Shown here in pieces: positions 38,748 through 56,202 of a stretch of DNA of 64,000 nucleotides. The notes beneath the pieces are model-generated. The model was given only the letters and a program-made list of their open reading frames with translations. It ran no database searches and was not told the DNA's origin. Both the position numbers and the translations under genes were made by a program. Numbering within the stretch: position 1 is the stretch's first letter; each line of letters begins with the position of its first letter. The stretch is from Escherichia phage vB_EcoM_SYGD1. The DNA is taken from sequence record MW883059; one strand, written 5' to 3'.

Positions 38748-39557
38748 TTAGAAACGAGATGCGACTTTCGCATATACACTTACAATATCTTCTGCACCTT
38801 GTGCAGATTTATCTTCTACAGCTTCAGTGACGAAATTCAGTCCGGCTGCTTCAGTATCAGGAGTATTTATACTCTCAGTAATAGTGCTTTCATCTTTATT
38901 AGATTTCTTCACCATTTCTACGATTGCACTCAATTTACTTGAGAATGCATCTGAATAATCCATACCTTCGACCAGAGCAGAGACTTTTTCTTTTTGAGAC
39001 TCAGTCAGATCTTTAGTACTTTCGCTCAATGCCACTTCACGCTGCACATAATTGATATATGCGTCACGCTTATTGAGTTCTTCGAACAGACGAGCTGATT
39101 CTTCTTTATGTTCTTGCAGTTCTTCTTCCATTTCAGCTACAACATCAACTGATTCTTCTGGAACAACAACGTTGTGTTCAACGAAGAGCTCTTTCAATCC
39201 ACCAAGCATGGATTCAAACAATTCGGCTTTGATACCTTTATCTACTGCTAATTTATTTTCAGCGAGCCATTCTTTCGCAAGATGGTCGATGAATTTAGAA
39301 GCTTGCTCAGCGATTTTCTTCTCAGCTTTTTCTTCGGCTTCTTCTTTATTTTTTTCTACTTCTTCTTCTGCTTTTTCAGCAATTTTAGCGATATGAGATT
39401 CAGCTAATTTAACGGCGTGCTGCTTGACGGTAGCTTCGAATACAGTGCCGAAAGTTTCTTTTGCTTCCGGAGAAATATTAACTGATTCGAAAATACTATC
39501 AAGAGCAACGGAAGCATCAATTTTTTGCGCTTCAGCAATCAGTTGTTCTTTAAGCAT
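38748..39557 (-). CDS. 22: prohead core scaffold protein
   Basis: 269 aa, Glu/Lys-rich helical protein. Confidence 0.9.
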   Translation of the reverse strand: MLKEQLIAEAQKIDASVALDSIFESVNISPEAKETFGTVFEATVKQHAVKLAESHIAKIAEKAEEEVEKNKEEAEEKAEKKIAEQASKFIDHLAKEWLAENKLAVDKGIKAELFESMLGGLKELFVEHNVVVPEESVDVVAEMEEELQEHKEESARLFEELNKRDAYINYVQREVALSESTKDLTESQKEKVSALVEGMDYSDAFSSKLSAIVEMVKKSNKDESTITESINTPDTEAAGLNFVTEAVEDKSAQGAEDIVSVYAKVASRF

Positions 39558-39587
39558 TTTGTAGTCCTGTTGTTTAGATAATAATAT

Positions 39588-40226
39588 TTATAACGCTTTT
39601 TTCATGGCCTCTGCGAGAGCCATATAGGCGTCATCGGCACTTGTATCGGCTTCCGCCGTCTGTGATTCGGTAATTTCCTTAGGAGTTACCCATGCATCTG
39701 GAGCACTTGGACCCCATACTGCATCAACACCTACAGTTAATTTGAATCCTTCGTTTACGATACGATAACCTTTATTTGTGTCAGTCAATGAACCTAATCC
39801 ACGAGAAGAAACTCCTGGAATCCATCCGGCACGAATATTAGCTGCTAATTTATCTCCAGGACCGTGGTCACCTTCAATAACACGAGCTCGTCCGTATACG
39901 TCATTTCCTTTCCACCACATATCTTCTATAATGATAGCGGCTTGCATCGGGTCAACATTAGCGCGTGGAGGATGATTTAATTCTCCGAGAGCTTGTTTAG
40001 TTAAAACTTGCTCATTAATATAGTCTTTTACCGCTTTTTCTAATATGCGTTTTGGATAAAGACGTTTATTTCTATTGACGACTTCTGCTTGCATGAATAT
40101 TCCTTCGATGTATAAACCAGGTTTTAAACCTAAGTCTTTTCCATCGTGGGATTCGAGCATTGGCACACCATCAATAATTTCGCCAGGTTGACCCCAAGTT
40201 TCAATTAGTAATTGGGGTTCATTCAT
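39588..40226 (-). CDS. 21: prohead core protease
   Basis: 212 aa [30 protein letters not shown]... Confidence 0.9.
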   Translation of the reverse strand: MNEPQLLIETWGQPGEIIDGVPMLESHDGKDLGLKPGLYIEGIFMQAEVVNRNKRLYPKRILEKAVKDYINEQVLTKQALGELNHPPRANVDPMQAAIIIEDMWWKGNDVYGRARVIEGDHGPGDKLAANIRAGWIPGVSSRGLGSLTDTNKGYRIVNEGFKLTVGVDAVWGPSAPDAWVTPKEITESQTAEADTSADDAYMALAEAMKKAL

Positions 40227-40651
40227 TAGCTTAATCCTAATGCTTTACGGCGTTTAAGAGCTTTTTTACGCTTACGCTGAGCACGAGATTGACCTGCTGG
40301 ATTGGCAATCTTCGTTTTGGTAGCTTTGCGAGCAATTTGTCTACGTTTTGCTTTAGACAGCCCAGTGGTTTGAAATGCATTACGTTCGCGTGTTTTGCGA
40401 TCTTTAGTACGTGTAATTTCACCACGAGCTGAAACGTGCTTAACAATGAATTCATTTAACGGCATGTTTTCATTAATAGAAGCTAATGCAACTGCTAAAT
40501 CAGTTTCATCATCAAGCATATTCTCGACAATTGTATTTATATCGTCTTTATTTAAAGCAGAAGACAATTCGTCAAAGCGACCCTGTGCTTCAGGAATAAG
40601 TGCTTCGACATTCTCGAGAACTAATTCATGAGTTTCAGGGATCAGAAGCAT
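40226..40651 (-). CDS. 68: prohead core protein
   Basis: 141 aa; basic C-terminus. Confidence 0.8.
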
Positions 40652-40892
40652 TATTCATCATCCTCGTCTTCGTCATCTTCGTCAGAGTCTTTGTCTTTTT
40701 TGTCGTCTTTATCATCACCGTCTTCGTCATCATCCTCGTCTTTAGGTTCTTCACCTTCGATTAAGAAATTACGAGCGATAGCGATTTTTTCTTCTTTAAT
40801 TAAATCAATCGTTCTTGCAGCCATGGCTTCAGCAAATAATTTACGAGCGGCTACGAGGTCGTTTGATTTAATAGCTTCAATTAAACCTTCCA

Positions 40893-40893
<1 letters not shown>
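40651..40893 (-). CDS. 67: prohead core protein (acidic)
   Basis: 80 aa with poly-acidic C-terminal tract [13 protein letters not shown]... Confidence 0.8.
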
Positions 40894-42518
<1,625 letters not shown>

Positions 42519-42529
42519 TTAAGCAGGAT

Positions 42530-42543
42530 GGGGATTTCTCCCC
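42530..42543 (-). terminator. hairpin after gene 19
   Basis: GGGGA-TTTC-TCCCC just downstream of gene 19 stop. Confidence 0.45.
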
Positions 42544-42550
42544 ATTCATT

Positions 42551-43042
42551 TTATTCCCAATAATCGAGAGCGAGAGTTACTTCAAATGTTTGGATTTCAT
42601 TGTTTGAATCCCAATCTAACTGAAGTTCACCCACGTTAGTAGGCCACAGGCCTTTAATTTCGACTTCTTTTGTTACAGTTTTAGCGTCACGAGCATATTG
42701 GCGTACAATAGCGCTCTTTTTATACTCTGCTGGTTTTCCACCAGTAATTTCGTTTCCTTGCCCAGCAGCAATGCTTTGCCAGTCAACAAACTTCTGGCGT
42801 GCATCATGCGCCTCATCATTCATTACTGTAATAGTCCAGTCATCGAATGTACGATCGCCTGCTACGTTAATTTTACGGTTCATAAATCCGACTGGAATTT
42901 TTTCTACAATACCAGCTGGTAAAGCAGTGGCTTTACATTGAAACGTAAAATTTTGTCCAAGATAAGAAATTTCTACTTGGAATAAGTTAGGTCGAGCAAA
43001 ATCACCAGATTCAAACGCTCGTGTTACATCATCTACAAACAT
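42551..43042 (-). CDS. 19: tail tube protein
   Basis: 163 aa MFVDDVTRAFESGDFARPNLFQVEISYLGQNF... Confidence 0.92.
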   Translation of the reverse strand: MFVDDVTRAFESGDFARPNLFQVEISYLGQNFTFQCKATALPAGIVEKIPVGFMNRKINVAGDRTFDDWTITVMNDEAHDARQKFVDWQSIAAGQGNEITGGKPAEYKKSAIVRQYARDAKTVTKEVEIKGLWPTNVGELQLDWDSNNEIQTFEVTLALDYWE

Positions 43043-43055
43043 ATTAGCCTCTGTA

Positions 43056-43063
43056 GTATTTAT
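43056..43063 (-). promoter_or_regulatory. late promoter for gene 19 (proximal copy)
   Basis: TATTTATA on + strand 14 nt upstream of gene 19 ATG. Confidence 0.5.
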
Positions 43064-43115
43064 ATCCCTATGTTTAACCTAGGGCATATAGAATTAAAGA
43101 ATTAAGGATATAGTG

Positions 43116-43123
43116 TATTTATA
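43116..43123 (-). promoter_or_regulatory. second late-promoter octamer (distal copy, next to the HNH insert)
   Basis: TATTTATA on + strand with flank similar to the proximal copy. Confidence 0.45.
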
Positions 43124-43124
43124 T

Positions 43125-43142
43125 GGCCTGCCGAAACAGGCC
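43125..43142 (-). terminator. hairpin after the HNH gene
   Basis: GGCCTG-CCGAAA-CAGGCC 8 nt downstream of the HNH stop. Confidence 0.5.
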
Positions 43143-43149
43143 TTTAGAA

Positions 43150-43755
43150 TCATTCTAGTAAATCCCAAAGATCTACGCTATTTCTTTTTGACTTTTCTCG
43201 GTTAGATTCCCAAGTGATTATTTCTAAATTTTTTACGCTTGCTATAATTTCCGGCGGAATTAAATTATCAAATCCATATTTGATAGATACTTTATGATCG
43301 AGTTGGTAAGCACCTTCTACACCGCACACTCCTATTTTATCAGCATTCGGCCATTTTGACCAAATTTTTCTTATTTTAGCTGACTTAGTTATAGAATGAA
43401 CTCTACTAGCATATAATGCAAACTCTTTTCTTTTACCAGTCCATCGAGGATGTTTATCGCCTCTTTGCCATGGTCTGCTTATTCCGGATTGAACTTCCGA
43501 ATTTTTAATAGCAACTTGTTTAATGCTGCATTTTCTACACGCATGTGTGGGTGTTCTATTTAAAAGCTGAATGCTTCTACTAAATTTAATACCGCACAAA
43601 TCACATTTAGCGTCAACTATTTTATTACTATTCTTTGGCATTAATTCTATTGGAACAGATACTGTATCATGATATGATACTTCATATCCTAGAATTGCCG
43701 ACCACATTTTTGAATGATTTCTTGGTTTTATTGTAACAAACTTAGAAATAATCAC
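43150..43755 (-). CDS. HNH endonuclease, free-standing, inserted between genes 18 and 19
   Basis: About 201 aa from GTG 43755 (GAGGA 5 nt upstream; first ATG at 43707); Cys pairs CDLCG...HACRKCS; HNH core QLDHKVSIKYG...NLEIITWESNREKSKRN. Confidence 0.75.
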   Translation of the reverse strand: MIISKFVTIKPRNHSKMWSAILGYEVSYHDTVSVPIELMPKNSNKIVDAKCDLCGIKFSRSIQLLNRTPTHACRKCSIKQVAIKNSEVQSGISRPWQRGDKHPRWTGKRKEFALYASRVHSITKSAKIRKIWSKWPNADKIGVCGVEGAYQLDHKVSIKYGFDNLIPPEIIASVKNLEIITWESNREKSKRNSVDLWDLLE

Positions 43756-43772
43756 TTGTTTCCTCGAGAATA

Positions 43773-43786
43773 GGGGCCGAAGCCCC
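43773..43786 (-). terminator. hairpin immediately after the gene 18 stop
   Basis: GGGGC-CGAA-GCCCC 9 nt downstream of the tail sheath stop codon. Confidence 0.5.
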
Positions 43787-43794
43787 ACAATCAA

Positions 43795-45774
43795 TTAACC
43801 TGCAAGACCAGTTAACTCATCGAAATCTGCACCAGTAGCAGTTGCGACGAAATTAAGTTGGATATAATTTATACTACGAGCCGGTTGGATGTAGAATGTT
43901 GCAACAAACTCATTTCTATCAATTACTGACGGAGTGTTATTTGTTGTATCGCAAACTACACGATATTCATAAATTCCACCGAGAGCTTTAATTCCCTGTA
44001 AGTATTGGGCAGTTTCTGTGCGGAATGATGAACGAGTAAACGCGTTGTTTAATTCGAACAAACGATATTTTGAACTACGTCCGATATTCGTTTTCAACAT
44101 ATTAAACAGACGACGAACGTTAATACGATCAAATGGAGAAGGAACAGAAGTAGCTGTTTTATCACCATACAATACGTAACCATCACCACCTGTACCAGTT
44201 ACTGGGTTGATAGCTTCTTGATATAAACGGTCGCGCTGAGCTTGGCGAGTTTCAATAGCAAGTTTAATAACGTTAAGAATCTGGCCGCGATTATAACCAG
44301 CTGGAGACATCCAAGTCTGAGAAACGTTATCGGTTCTTGCACATAAACCGGCAATATCAGCTGCTAATGGAACCCAGCGATTGACATCATTATATTTGTC
44401 ATACTGATATTTGTAGTTACCATCAATTGCTGCGTAGGTTGAACTGATATTAAAGTTATTATCAGTGTATGAACCTGTTGCGGTTCTCCAATTGACTAAG
44501 TTATCAACAGCGCGAGTTACAGGAATTCCAACTACAGTTTCGCGCGGTGGTGAGCACAATACTAAGCAATCCTGGCGAGCATCCCCAATTGAAACGACGT
44601 GTTTTTGGACAGTAGATGCTGTTTCTAAAGATTCGCCGGCACAAGAACCCGCAATAAACAACTGAACGTCAACAGATTCGCGGTCAGCAAAGAAGTCCCA
44701 AGCTTCCATCAAATCTCCTGCTGTTACTTCAGCATTTGATGATAATCCACCAGACAGAGTTAAAATTCCAGAGAATCCTTCTGGCCAATTTTGTGCAGTT
44801 GCAAAAATATATTCTGAACCGCCTTTTGCGAAAAAGTCATCAATATAGATGTTACTGTCATAAATGTCTTTTTCACCATGCTTTGTTGAAAGAACAATAC
44901 TTTGAACAATAGCATCATTACGGCGAACTATAATAGCGTATTGTGAATCAGTTTGTGGTCCATATCCAAACACTGCCTTAGCAGTAGATGCGCGTGTTCC
45001 GCCACCTGGATAAATTGGGAGTAATGCAGAAGCACCTTTTGCGTAGTCAGCTTTAGATACGATTTCAATTTCGATTTTATCGCCCAACTCGCCTGGATAA
45101 AGAGCTACTACTCCTGGAATTCCATATTTTTCGAGATTTGCTTGAAATTCAACCGCTGTCATAGCAGCTTCGGCATTTTCAATCTCAGCTAATAAAATAC
45201 CGGAATCAGTAATGATTTTTCCAAGAGTTATTACTGCAGCTAAACCAGATGAAGACGAAGAAATTTCCGCGGTCCAATTAGAACCTAACGCTGGATACTC
45301 ACCGACTTCTTTCGCTTTAGCGATAATTTTTGCAGTAGGAATATTAATTTTCTTAATTTTTCCATCAGCATCTACTTCGGTAATTTTACCTTCCGTTTCA
45401 ATGTCTTCTGAAACATACTTAACTGTGATTTTATCTCCAACCGCGTAGTTACTACCTGGGGTAGAAATAGTGTATTCAATATTACCAGCAATCGGAGATG
45501 AGTTTTTAGCGGTATCTCTATCGACAGCACGCACAACTCGCAAATCATTTCCGTATTGTAAGAAATTCATTGCAGACATAAAATAGTCAGCAGTTTCAGC
45601 TGTAGGTTGACCAAAAGTATTAACTAAATCTACTTCATTTGTAACCTGTTTGATCTGAAAAGCAGGACCCCACTGGAATTTACCGGCCAAAGCTGCTGTA
45701 CCAGTAGAGTTATTAACCACGGTGCTTTGAACCGTAGTTTCTTTGAGCTCAATGCCCGGAGATAATAAAGTCAT
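43795..45774 (-). CDS. 18: tail sheath protein
   Basis: 659 aa MTLLSPGIELKETTVQSTVVNNSTGTAALAGKFQWGP... Confidence 0.95.
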   Translation of the reverse strand: MTLLSPGIELKETTVQSTVVNNSTGTAALAGKFQWGPAFQIKQVTNEVDLVNTFGQPTAETADYFMSAMNFLQYGNDLRVVRAVDRDTAKNSSPIAGNIEYTISTPGSNYAVGDKITVKYVSEDIETEGKITEVDADGKIKKINIPTAKIIAKAKEVGEYPALGSNWTAEISSSSSGLAAVITLGKIITDSGILLAEIENAEAAMTAVEFQANLEKYGIPGVVALYPGELGDKIEIEIVSKADYAKGASALLPIYPGGGTRASTAKAVFGYGPQTDSQYAIIVRRNDAIVQSIVLSTKHGEKDIYDSNIYIDDFFAKGGSEYIFATAQNWPEGFSGILTLSGGLSSNAEVTAGDLMEAWDFFADRESVDVQLFIAGSCAGESLETASTVQKHVVSIGDARQDCLVLCSPPRETVVGIPVTRAVDNLVNWRTATGSYTDNNFNISSTYAAIDGNYKYQYDKYNDVNRWVPLAADIAGLCARTDNVSQTWMSPAGYNRGQILNVIKLAIETRQAQRDRLYQEAINPVTGTGGDGYVLYGDKTATSVPSPFDRINVRRLFNMLKTNIGRSSKYRLFELNNAFTRSSFRTETAQYLQGIKALGGIYEYRVVCDTTNNTPSVIDRNEFVATFYIQPARSINYIQLNFVATATGADFDELTGLAG

Positions 45775-45802
45775 TTTTAATCCTCTTTAATATGCTTTAA
45801 TA

Positions 45803-48943
<3,141 letters not shown>

Positions 48944-48984
48944 GATTTCTCCTAATCTGGGCTTTAATTAGTTTATAATATTTA

Positions 48985-50686
<1,702 letters not shown>

Positions 50687-50697
50687 TTAAAATCCTT

Positions 50698-50715
50698 TGG
50701 GGCCTTGCGGCCCCA
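50698..50715 (-). terminator. hairpin after wac
   Basis: TGGGGCC-TTGC-GGCCCCA between the wac stop and gene 13 start. Confidence 0.5.
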
Positions 50716-50717
50716 TG

Positions 50718-52175
50718 TTATGCTGGTGATAAAAAGGTAGAAAGTAGTACCCATTCGCCGTCTTTACGAACGTAAGCTTGGCCATCTTTTGGAGCTTCAG
50801 GGATATAACCTGCTTCTTGTAGAGCTTGAACATCCCCCTGTAATGAAGATACATTACTTTTAATACTACGCATTTCTTGATTAATAGAAGAAATGTTAGT
50901 TTCATTAGCTTTTATTGAATTAGTTAATCCGCGCTCTTCTACTGTTGAACCATTTGGATTTGTGCCGCTTACTAGTTTATTTAGTGCAACAACTTGGCCT
51001 TTAATTCCAGTAGTGTTATTACCAATTTCAACTTGTAAGTTTTGAACATCATTGTTCAGTCTATTAACTGAAGTTTCAACAGTTGAAACCCTATTTAAAA
51101 GAGACCCAGGAGGAGAAGGCTGACCTCCACTAGAATCAGTTCCAACGATTTGGTTTAGCCATGAAACGTTTGCTCGTAGTCCAGATGAAGTGTTTTCACC
51201 AACAATTCCATTTAAAAACTCAATTGATGTGGTATTATCTTTAATTTGACCTTTAATACTAGAAGGAATATCATCTGAGCCAATTGACGTTTCAATGACA
51301 GTCAATCGTTGTTTAATACCTCCGCTTTTATTTAGTTCATCATTTAAAGCTGAAATTTCTTGTGTATTAGTGTTAACATCTGTGATTATTGAAGTATTTC
51401 CTGGATATCCAATAGAAGTTTTGATAGATTTAATTTCGGAACTAAGATTAATCTGCGATTGATCTAAATTATGAACACGTGAATATATGCTTTCACTGAA
51501 TGAAGATGGTCTTTGTCCAAGTTCTTGTCTAAGATTTCCGACTTCAATTGTCAGTGAACCTACATCAGATTCAATAAATTTTTCTTCCAAATCACTTAGA
51601 CGTATTCCTTGGGAAGTTATAGCATCTGTATTATTAATGATGCGGTGCTTCATACCCGTGCTGCTATTTCCTACAACAGGAAGACCATTAATGTCTTGCC
51701 CAGCATATTGTCCTAATTCCCTTTTAATCCATAACAAATCATTTCTAATCGTTCTATAAACTGAATTTGCTTGCGAATTAAATGGACCAATATCAGAAAG
51801 AATATTATCAACCGTAGTATTTGTACCATTTAATATATCAGTATGTTCATTCGTGAGTGTCTTTAAATTTGATATATCATTTTTATTAACACTGATCTGT
51901 GATAGCGCTTCTATATCTCCTGATACATCTAAAATGCCTTGAATGGTTTTAATATCTTCCTGAGATGTTTCAATGGCAGTTTTAAGAATTCCTACATTTT
52001 CGTCGAGAACCTCGACATTTTTAAACACAGAAACAGTTGGTCTATTCATTGACCCATCGTTTCCATACTTAGTACTAGCTCCTAATATTTCTTCACCATT
52101 TTTAATCCATGAAATACGTTCCTGACCTTCGCCAGGAACGCTATCAACAAAAGGTAACTCTTTTAATTCAATCAT
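50718..52175 (-). CDS. wac: fibritin (whisker/collar) with C-terminal foldon
   Basis: 485 aa; heptad-repeat coiled coil; C-terminal [30 protein letters not shown]. Confidence 0.93.
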   Translation of the reverse strand: MIELKELPFVDSVPGEGQERISWIKNGEEILGASTKYGNDGSMNRPTVSVFKNVEVLDENVGILKTAIETSQEDIKTIQGILDVSGDIEALSQISVNKNDISNLKTLTNEHTDILNGTNTTVDNILSDIGPFNSQANSVYRTIRNDLLWIKRELGQYAGQDINGLPVVGNSSTGMKHRIINNTDAITSQGIRLSDLEEKFIESDVGSLTIEVGNLRQELGQRPSSFSESIYSRVHNLDQSQINLSSEIKSIKTSIGYPGNTSIITDVNTNTQEISALNDELNKSGGIKQRLTVIETSIGSDDIPSSIKGQIKDNTTSIEFLNGIVGENTSSGLRANVSWLNQIVGTDSSGGQPSPPGSLLNRVSTVETSVNRLNNDVQNLQVEIGNNTTGIKGQVVALNKLVSGTNPNGSTVEERGLTNSIKANETNISSINQEMRSIKSNVSSLQGDVQALQEAGYIPEAPKDGQAYVRKDGEWVLLSTFLSPA

Positions 52176-52184
52176 TTGTAATCC

Positions 52185-53741
52185 TTAGTAATGAATTTTA
52201 ATAATATAGTTTAATGATATATTCCATGGTCTAGTTTCATATCCGATAAGTCCTTCACGGTTTAACGTGCCAAACGAGTCACGAGCACCACCCATTTCAA
52301 ATCCGTCGTTAGTAAAGAACAAATGGTTGTCCCAGTCGGCGCTTTTACCATTGCCTAAATATCCATTGCCATTAGATGCGCCAAACGGTGCATAACCTCT
52401 GTTATTTCCATTTTCCCCCCAGGCACCAGCATGTTTATGGTATGACATTTGTTGTGCCTGAACACCGCCAACATGCATTCCGTCACATCCTACACCAAGT
52501 CTATCCTTCCCGTAGCCATCTTGTCCTCGTTGATTTAAAATATGACTGCCGGTACCAGCTCCTCTAACAAAAAGACCTCGCATATCAGGAATACCAGGAT
52601 TATTCCAATCACCGCCAAATCTTGTTCCAACCACATTTCGATAGTCCGGAAATTGGTCTCCAGAAATGGTCCCACCATGACATAAAACCCAACCTGGAGG
52701 AGCGCTATCACCTGCGAACATTTGAATTGTTCCAACAGGAACACGTTCAGATGCATATCTCTCTGTTGCAACTGGCTGGTCACCGTTTTTCCACATTCCG
52801 CCGCGCGACCAAATTCCGTTTGCTGTAAGATGGTCTAAATTTAAAGAACCATTAATAGTTTGTCCACCACGAGTATTAATTACATCTGCGTTCCATGCTA
52901 ATGCACCAGAGCTATCACCTTCAGGGGCAATACCGGCTTGCGTCGTTAATTTTACCACCCCACGCATAGAACCAGTAGCTCCTCGACCATTTAGTGTTTC
53001 ACCTGTTACTGCAACATCTCCTAAATTACTGTTAATTTCCGATTGTGTCCCTAAACGTATAACACCCTTATATTCTTGTGTTGCAACAGAATTCATAAAG
53101 GTATACGGAGAAATTGCATATCCTTCGCGGAGAGTTCCTTGACGAATTTGTGCAACAGTAGATAATTGAACTACTCCTCTCACCGATTCTGTTGCAGTGT
53201 CTTCTGAAGGAGCTATTTGCGAAATTAATTTTATTGCAAGTTTTTGGGTTTTTAGCGGAGTCATCGCAGTAGTATCATCAACTCCAGCCAAAGCTGCAGG
53301 TGTAGATGATATTTTAATAACCCCGTTTGATGACTCAGACGAATATCTATTTTTGAACACATCGTCAGTGTGGTATTTCAGTTTTTGTGGTGTTATTGAT
53401 GAATTATTATCTGAGCCTTTTAATGTTTCTTCATTTGTTGAATAACGCGTTAAACCATATTTAGTTTCAGTAGCATTTGGATACAATAATCTTGTTGCTA
53501 ATGTAGCTGGTGTAACGATTTTAGAATTATTAGTTCCATCTAAAACCTCTTGCTCTGACGCAATCATTGCTATTCCTTTAACTTCCATAGTTGCGTCAGG
53601 AATACCATTTACGCCGATATTACTTATTTTTGATAATGCAGACTGTACTGTCGTAACAGTGCCAGGAAAATTCGATCCAGTAGGATCGAATTTAACATAT
53701 TTTGATTCATTTGATACGTGCTGATATGTATTGTTACTCAT
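52185..53741 (-). CDS. 12: short tail fibre protein
   Basis: 518 aa [27 protein letters not shown]...; C-terminal tip region rich in G/N/W. Confidence 0.9.
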   Translation of the reverse strand: MSNNTYQHVSNESKYVKFDPTGSNFPGTVTTVQSALSKISNIGVNGIPDATMEVKGIAMIASEQEVLDGTNNSKIVTPATLATRLLYPNATETKYGLTRYSTNEETLKGSDNNSSITPQKLKYHTDDVFKNRYSSESSNGVIKISSTPAALAGVDDTTAMTPLKTQKLAIKLISQIAPSEDTATESVRGVVQLSTVAQIRQGTLREGYAISPYTFMNSVATQEYKGVIRLGTQSEINSNLGDVAVTGETLNGRGATGSMRGVVKLTTQAGIAPEGDSSGALAWNADVINTRGGQTINGSLNLDHLTANGIWSRGGMWKNGDQPVATERYASERVPVGTIQMFAGDSAPPGWVLCHGGTISGDQFPDYRNVVGTRFGGDWNNPGIPDMRGLFVRGAGTGSHILNQRGQDGYGKDRLGVGCDGMHVGGVQAQQMSYHKHAGAWGENGNNRGYAPFGASNGNGYLGNGKSADWDNHLFFTNDGFEMGGARDSFGTLNREGLIGYETRPWNISLNYIIKIHY

Positions 53742-54397
53742 GCTACTCTCTCAAAATAATAAAATACTGTAGGTTGTGTGTGACTATCTAGCGTAACAGT
53801 TTGCGCACCTAATAATTGCCAAGTTCCATACCCAGGTTTAGAAGGAGAAATTATTTCCTGTTTGAAAGTAATTCCTTTATCAGAGTATTGTTCTAAGATA
53901 TGTTCTTGGTTATCTAAATACTTAACTTGTATTTTATTTCCTATGGTAGGATGGTCTTCAAATGAATCAATTGCAATAAATTTTACAACCATTTCCTGTA
54001 GAGCTATTCTAACGGCACTAGTAAATTCAATTGAAGTCATTCCATTAGTAGCTTTAACTGGAATGCCAAACATGTTAACAATAACTGGGTCACCCGGTTT
54101 AGCTGAAGTATCAGTAACAGTTCCGTCAAATGACCAATAGTCTGTTTGCTGCACGCCAGTAGGAGATACGCCGCTTATATTAACTAATACAGCTCCAACT
54201 TGTTGCTCTGCCATATTTCTAACATCATTGATAGCAGATTCTACATTTGGGTCATAAAAACCTTTTGCTATTTGTGAAATTGTTACAGCGCCTACTGGCT
54301 GATTATTCATAACCGAAATATCATTTTTCTTAGTTCTAAAACCAAGAAAATCTGCTAAGCGGGAAATAACTCCCGCTTTATTATTAAGTAAACTCAT
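53738..54397 (-). CDS. 11: baseplate wedge / short tail fibre attachment protein
   Basis: 219 aa from ATG 54397 ([19 protein letters not shown]...); ORF track start 54415 overlaps gene 10. Confidence 0.88.
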   Translation of the reverse strand: MSLLNNKAGVISRLADFLGFRTKKNDISVMNNQPVGAVTISQIAKGFYDPNVESAINDVRNMAEQQVGAVLVNISGVSPTGVQQTDYWSFDGTVTDTSAKPGDPVIVNMFGIPVKATNGMTSIEFTSAVRIALQEMVVKFIAIDSFEDHPTIGNKIQVKYLDNQEHILEQYSDKGITFKQEIISPSKPGYGTWQLLGAQTVTLDSHTQPTVFYYFERVA

Positions 54398-56202
54398 TAT
54401 GCAATCCTTATCCAACGGTATACAGTAATAGACGGTTGAATATTACTAATATTAGCAGGAGGAGTATGTGAAGAGTTTGTTGTTGCGTAATCTTCACGAT
54501 ATTTTGTATATATAGGACCAGTTTCATCTGGGTCATATTGGCAACCTCCAATAATAACCGATCCATTTTCGTCTTCAATTAAAACTCTTTCGTCGGTTTT
54601 AGTTGCAGGAAGATTTGCGTTTTCAAGCGTTACTGATGTTGTTCCAACTGTTCCACCGGCAGTATGTGAAGGATTTCCGCTAGAATCTAAATCATTGTTG
54701 TTTAAAGCAAAGTTTGGATCTGTAACATCATCATTCCATCCTACTAAAACTTGTCCTTTACCAAATAATTTCCACGAACCAAACCCCATATAAGTCACCG
54801 GATTATTTGGGTTTATAGCATTTTCATAAATTGAACCTACGGGATAAATGCTATCGAAAATAGATGATATTGAATTATACGTTCTAGTATAAGAATCAAC
54901 TTTTTCAACATTTGGCCAACCGATTTTATCAAAATCTGTTAAGGCTACATCCCCAGTAACTTCAGTAGATGATCCTTTACTAACATAACGGTCATCAGTT
55001 AATTCAATAATGTCATCTTTTTCTAAAAGAGTTCCTAAATCATTATTAAACCATGTTATAACGATTATATCACCTGATTCAAATTTTCTATCAAATAAAA
55101 GACTGACAGGTTTTCCATCTTCATATTCTATAGAATAATCTGTGTTAGATTCTTTCCATTCACCACCAAGAGATATACATCCTGCTTGCGTATCTGAGTT
55201 AGCACCTTCACACAAAAACAGAGGATATCCTGCTGTTCCAGCCTGTTGTTGTAAAATTCCATTAAAACGAACTTCAAGAGAATTAGGATTAATAGGTTCT
55301 CCAGGAATTAATCCAAATGCAGAGAATGGAATTGATTTCATTGTTGATAAATCAGTAACGTAAATACTTCCTTCTAAAGAAGTTTTTGACGTTAATTTTG
55401 AATCTAATACTTTTATTTGGCGTCTTGTATATGAACTTCTCCATTGTGATATACCATCCATAAATGTTTCAATTTGAACAGTGTCACCAATATTACAAGG
55501 CTGTCTTAACCTAATATTAAATCCATCAAGAGGAATCAATTCTCCTTCATTTTCCCCAGGAGAGCCAAAGTCACTGTTTTCACTAAATACATCGCCGTAA
55601 TATAATTCATTACCACGGTGTTTTACTCGGATGTTATTAACATTATAGCTAGTTCCGCGGAAAACATCTAAAAAGTCTGTTTGTCCTTGAACTTCGACTA
55701 AAAATTCTTTACGTGCTACATTACTAATATCTGAACTAATAATTTTGTCAATTTGTTTGTTTTTGACATATTCCCAACGTCCTGGAGCACAATAAACGAG
55801 CTCTAAATCACTAAATTGAATATTAATTTCAACTGACGATGACGACCCTTTAATTGTATCCCCAGAAGCAGCTACTAAAGTAACTGGATTAATGTTCCAT
55901 GTTGCAAATACATCCCTAGCTCTAATTACTTTATTATAATCATTAACAGTTCCTTTAGGAAGTTGTAAAGTTACTCTTCCAGAAGAGGTATTAATAGCGT
56001 ATGATTTTCCCCACTTAGCTTTTAATGTTTGACCGGATGAAGCATTATAAGTTTTCCAGGCACCGGCTGAATATGGAACATCTCCATCGCCAAGTTCATA
56101 ATAAAGTTCATCAAAGTTTTCATTTATTTTTATACCACCTTTACGCAGGTAGTCACCGGTACCATCATCAACAACATTACCGATATTAATATTTTGTTTC
56201 AT
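54397..56202 (-). CDS. 10: baseplate wedge protein
   Basis: 601 aa [40 protein letters not shown]... Confidence 0.92.
   Translation of the reverse strand: MKQNINIGNVVDDGTGDYLRKGGIKINENFDELYYELGDGDVPYSAGAWKTYNASSGQTLKAKWGKSYAINTSSGRVTLQLPKGTVNDYNKVIRARDVFATWNINPVTLVAASGDTIKGSSSSVEINIQFSDLELVYCAPGRWEYVKNKQIDKIISSDISNVARKEFLVEVQGQTDFLDVFRGTSYNVNNIRVKHRGNELYYGDVFSENSDFGSPGENEGELIPLDGFNIRLRQPCNIGDTVQIETFMDGISQWRSSYTRRQIKVLDSKLTSKTSLEGSIYVTDLSTMKSIPFSAFGLIPGEPINPNSLEVRFNGILQQQAGTAGYPLFLCEGANSDTQAGCISLGGEWKESNTDYSIEYEDGKPVSLLFDRKFESGDIIVITWFNNDLGTLLEKDDIIELTDDRYVSKGSSTEVTGDVALTDFDKIGWPNVEKVDSYTRTYNSISSIFDSIYPVGSIYENAINPNNPVTYMGFGSWKLFGKGQVLVGWNDDVTDPNFALNNNDLDSSGNPSHTAGGTVGTTSVTLENANLPATKTDERVLIEDENGSVIIGGCQYDPDETGPIYTKYREDYATTNSSHTPPANISNIQPSITVYRWIRIA

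Noticed and set aside
39052-39396. Ser-rich 114-codon + strand ORF
   Set aside because: Antisense of the Glu/Lys-rich scaffold gene 22; composition is an artefact of complementing GAA/GAG/AAA codons
43707-43794. TTG immediately after the gene 18 stop as the start of the 18/19 HNH gene
   Set aside because: That frame would translate through the GGGGCCGAAGCCCC hairpin and lacks an SD; the GTG at 43755 has GAGGA at ideal spacing, so I prefer it (an ATG at 43707 remains possible)
50687-50905. 72-codon - strand ORF overlapping the 3' end of wac and the terminator hairpin
   Set aside because: Starts inside the wac coding region in another frame and runs through the hairpin; wac has the foldon signature
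52185-53741. Possible host-range variant of the short tail fibre (518 aa versus the ~527 aa I recall for T4 gp12)
   Set aside because: The length difference rests on memory alone and I cannot align here, so it is too weak to report as a finding
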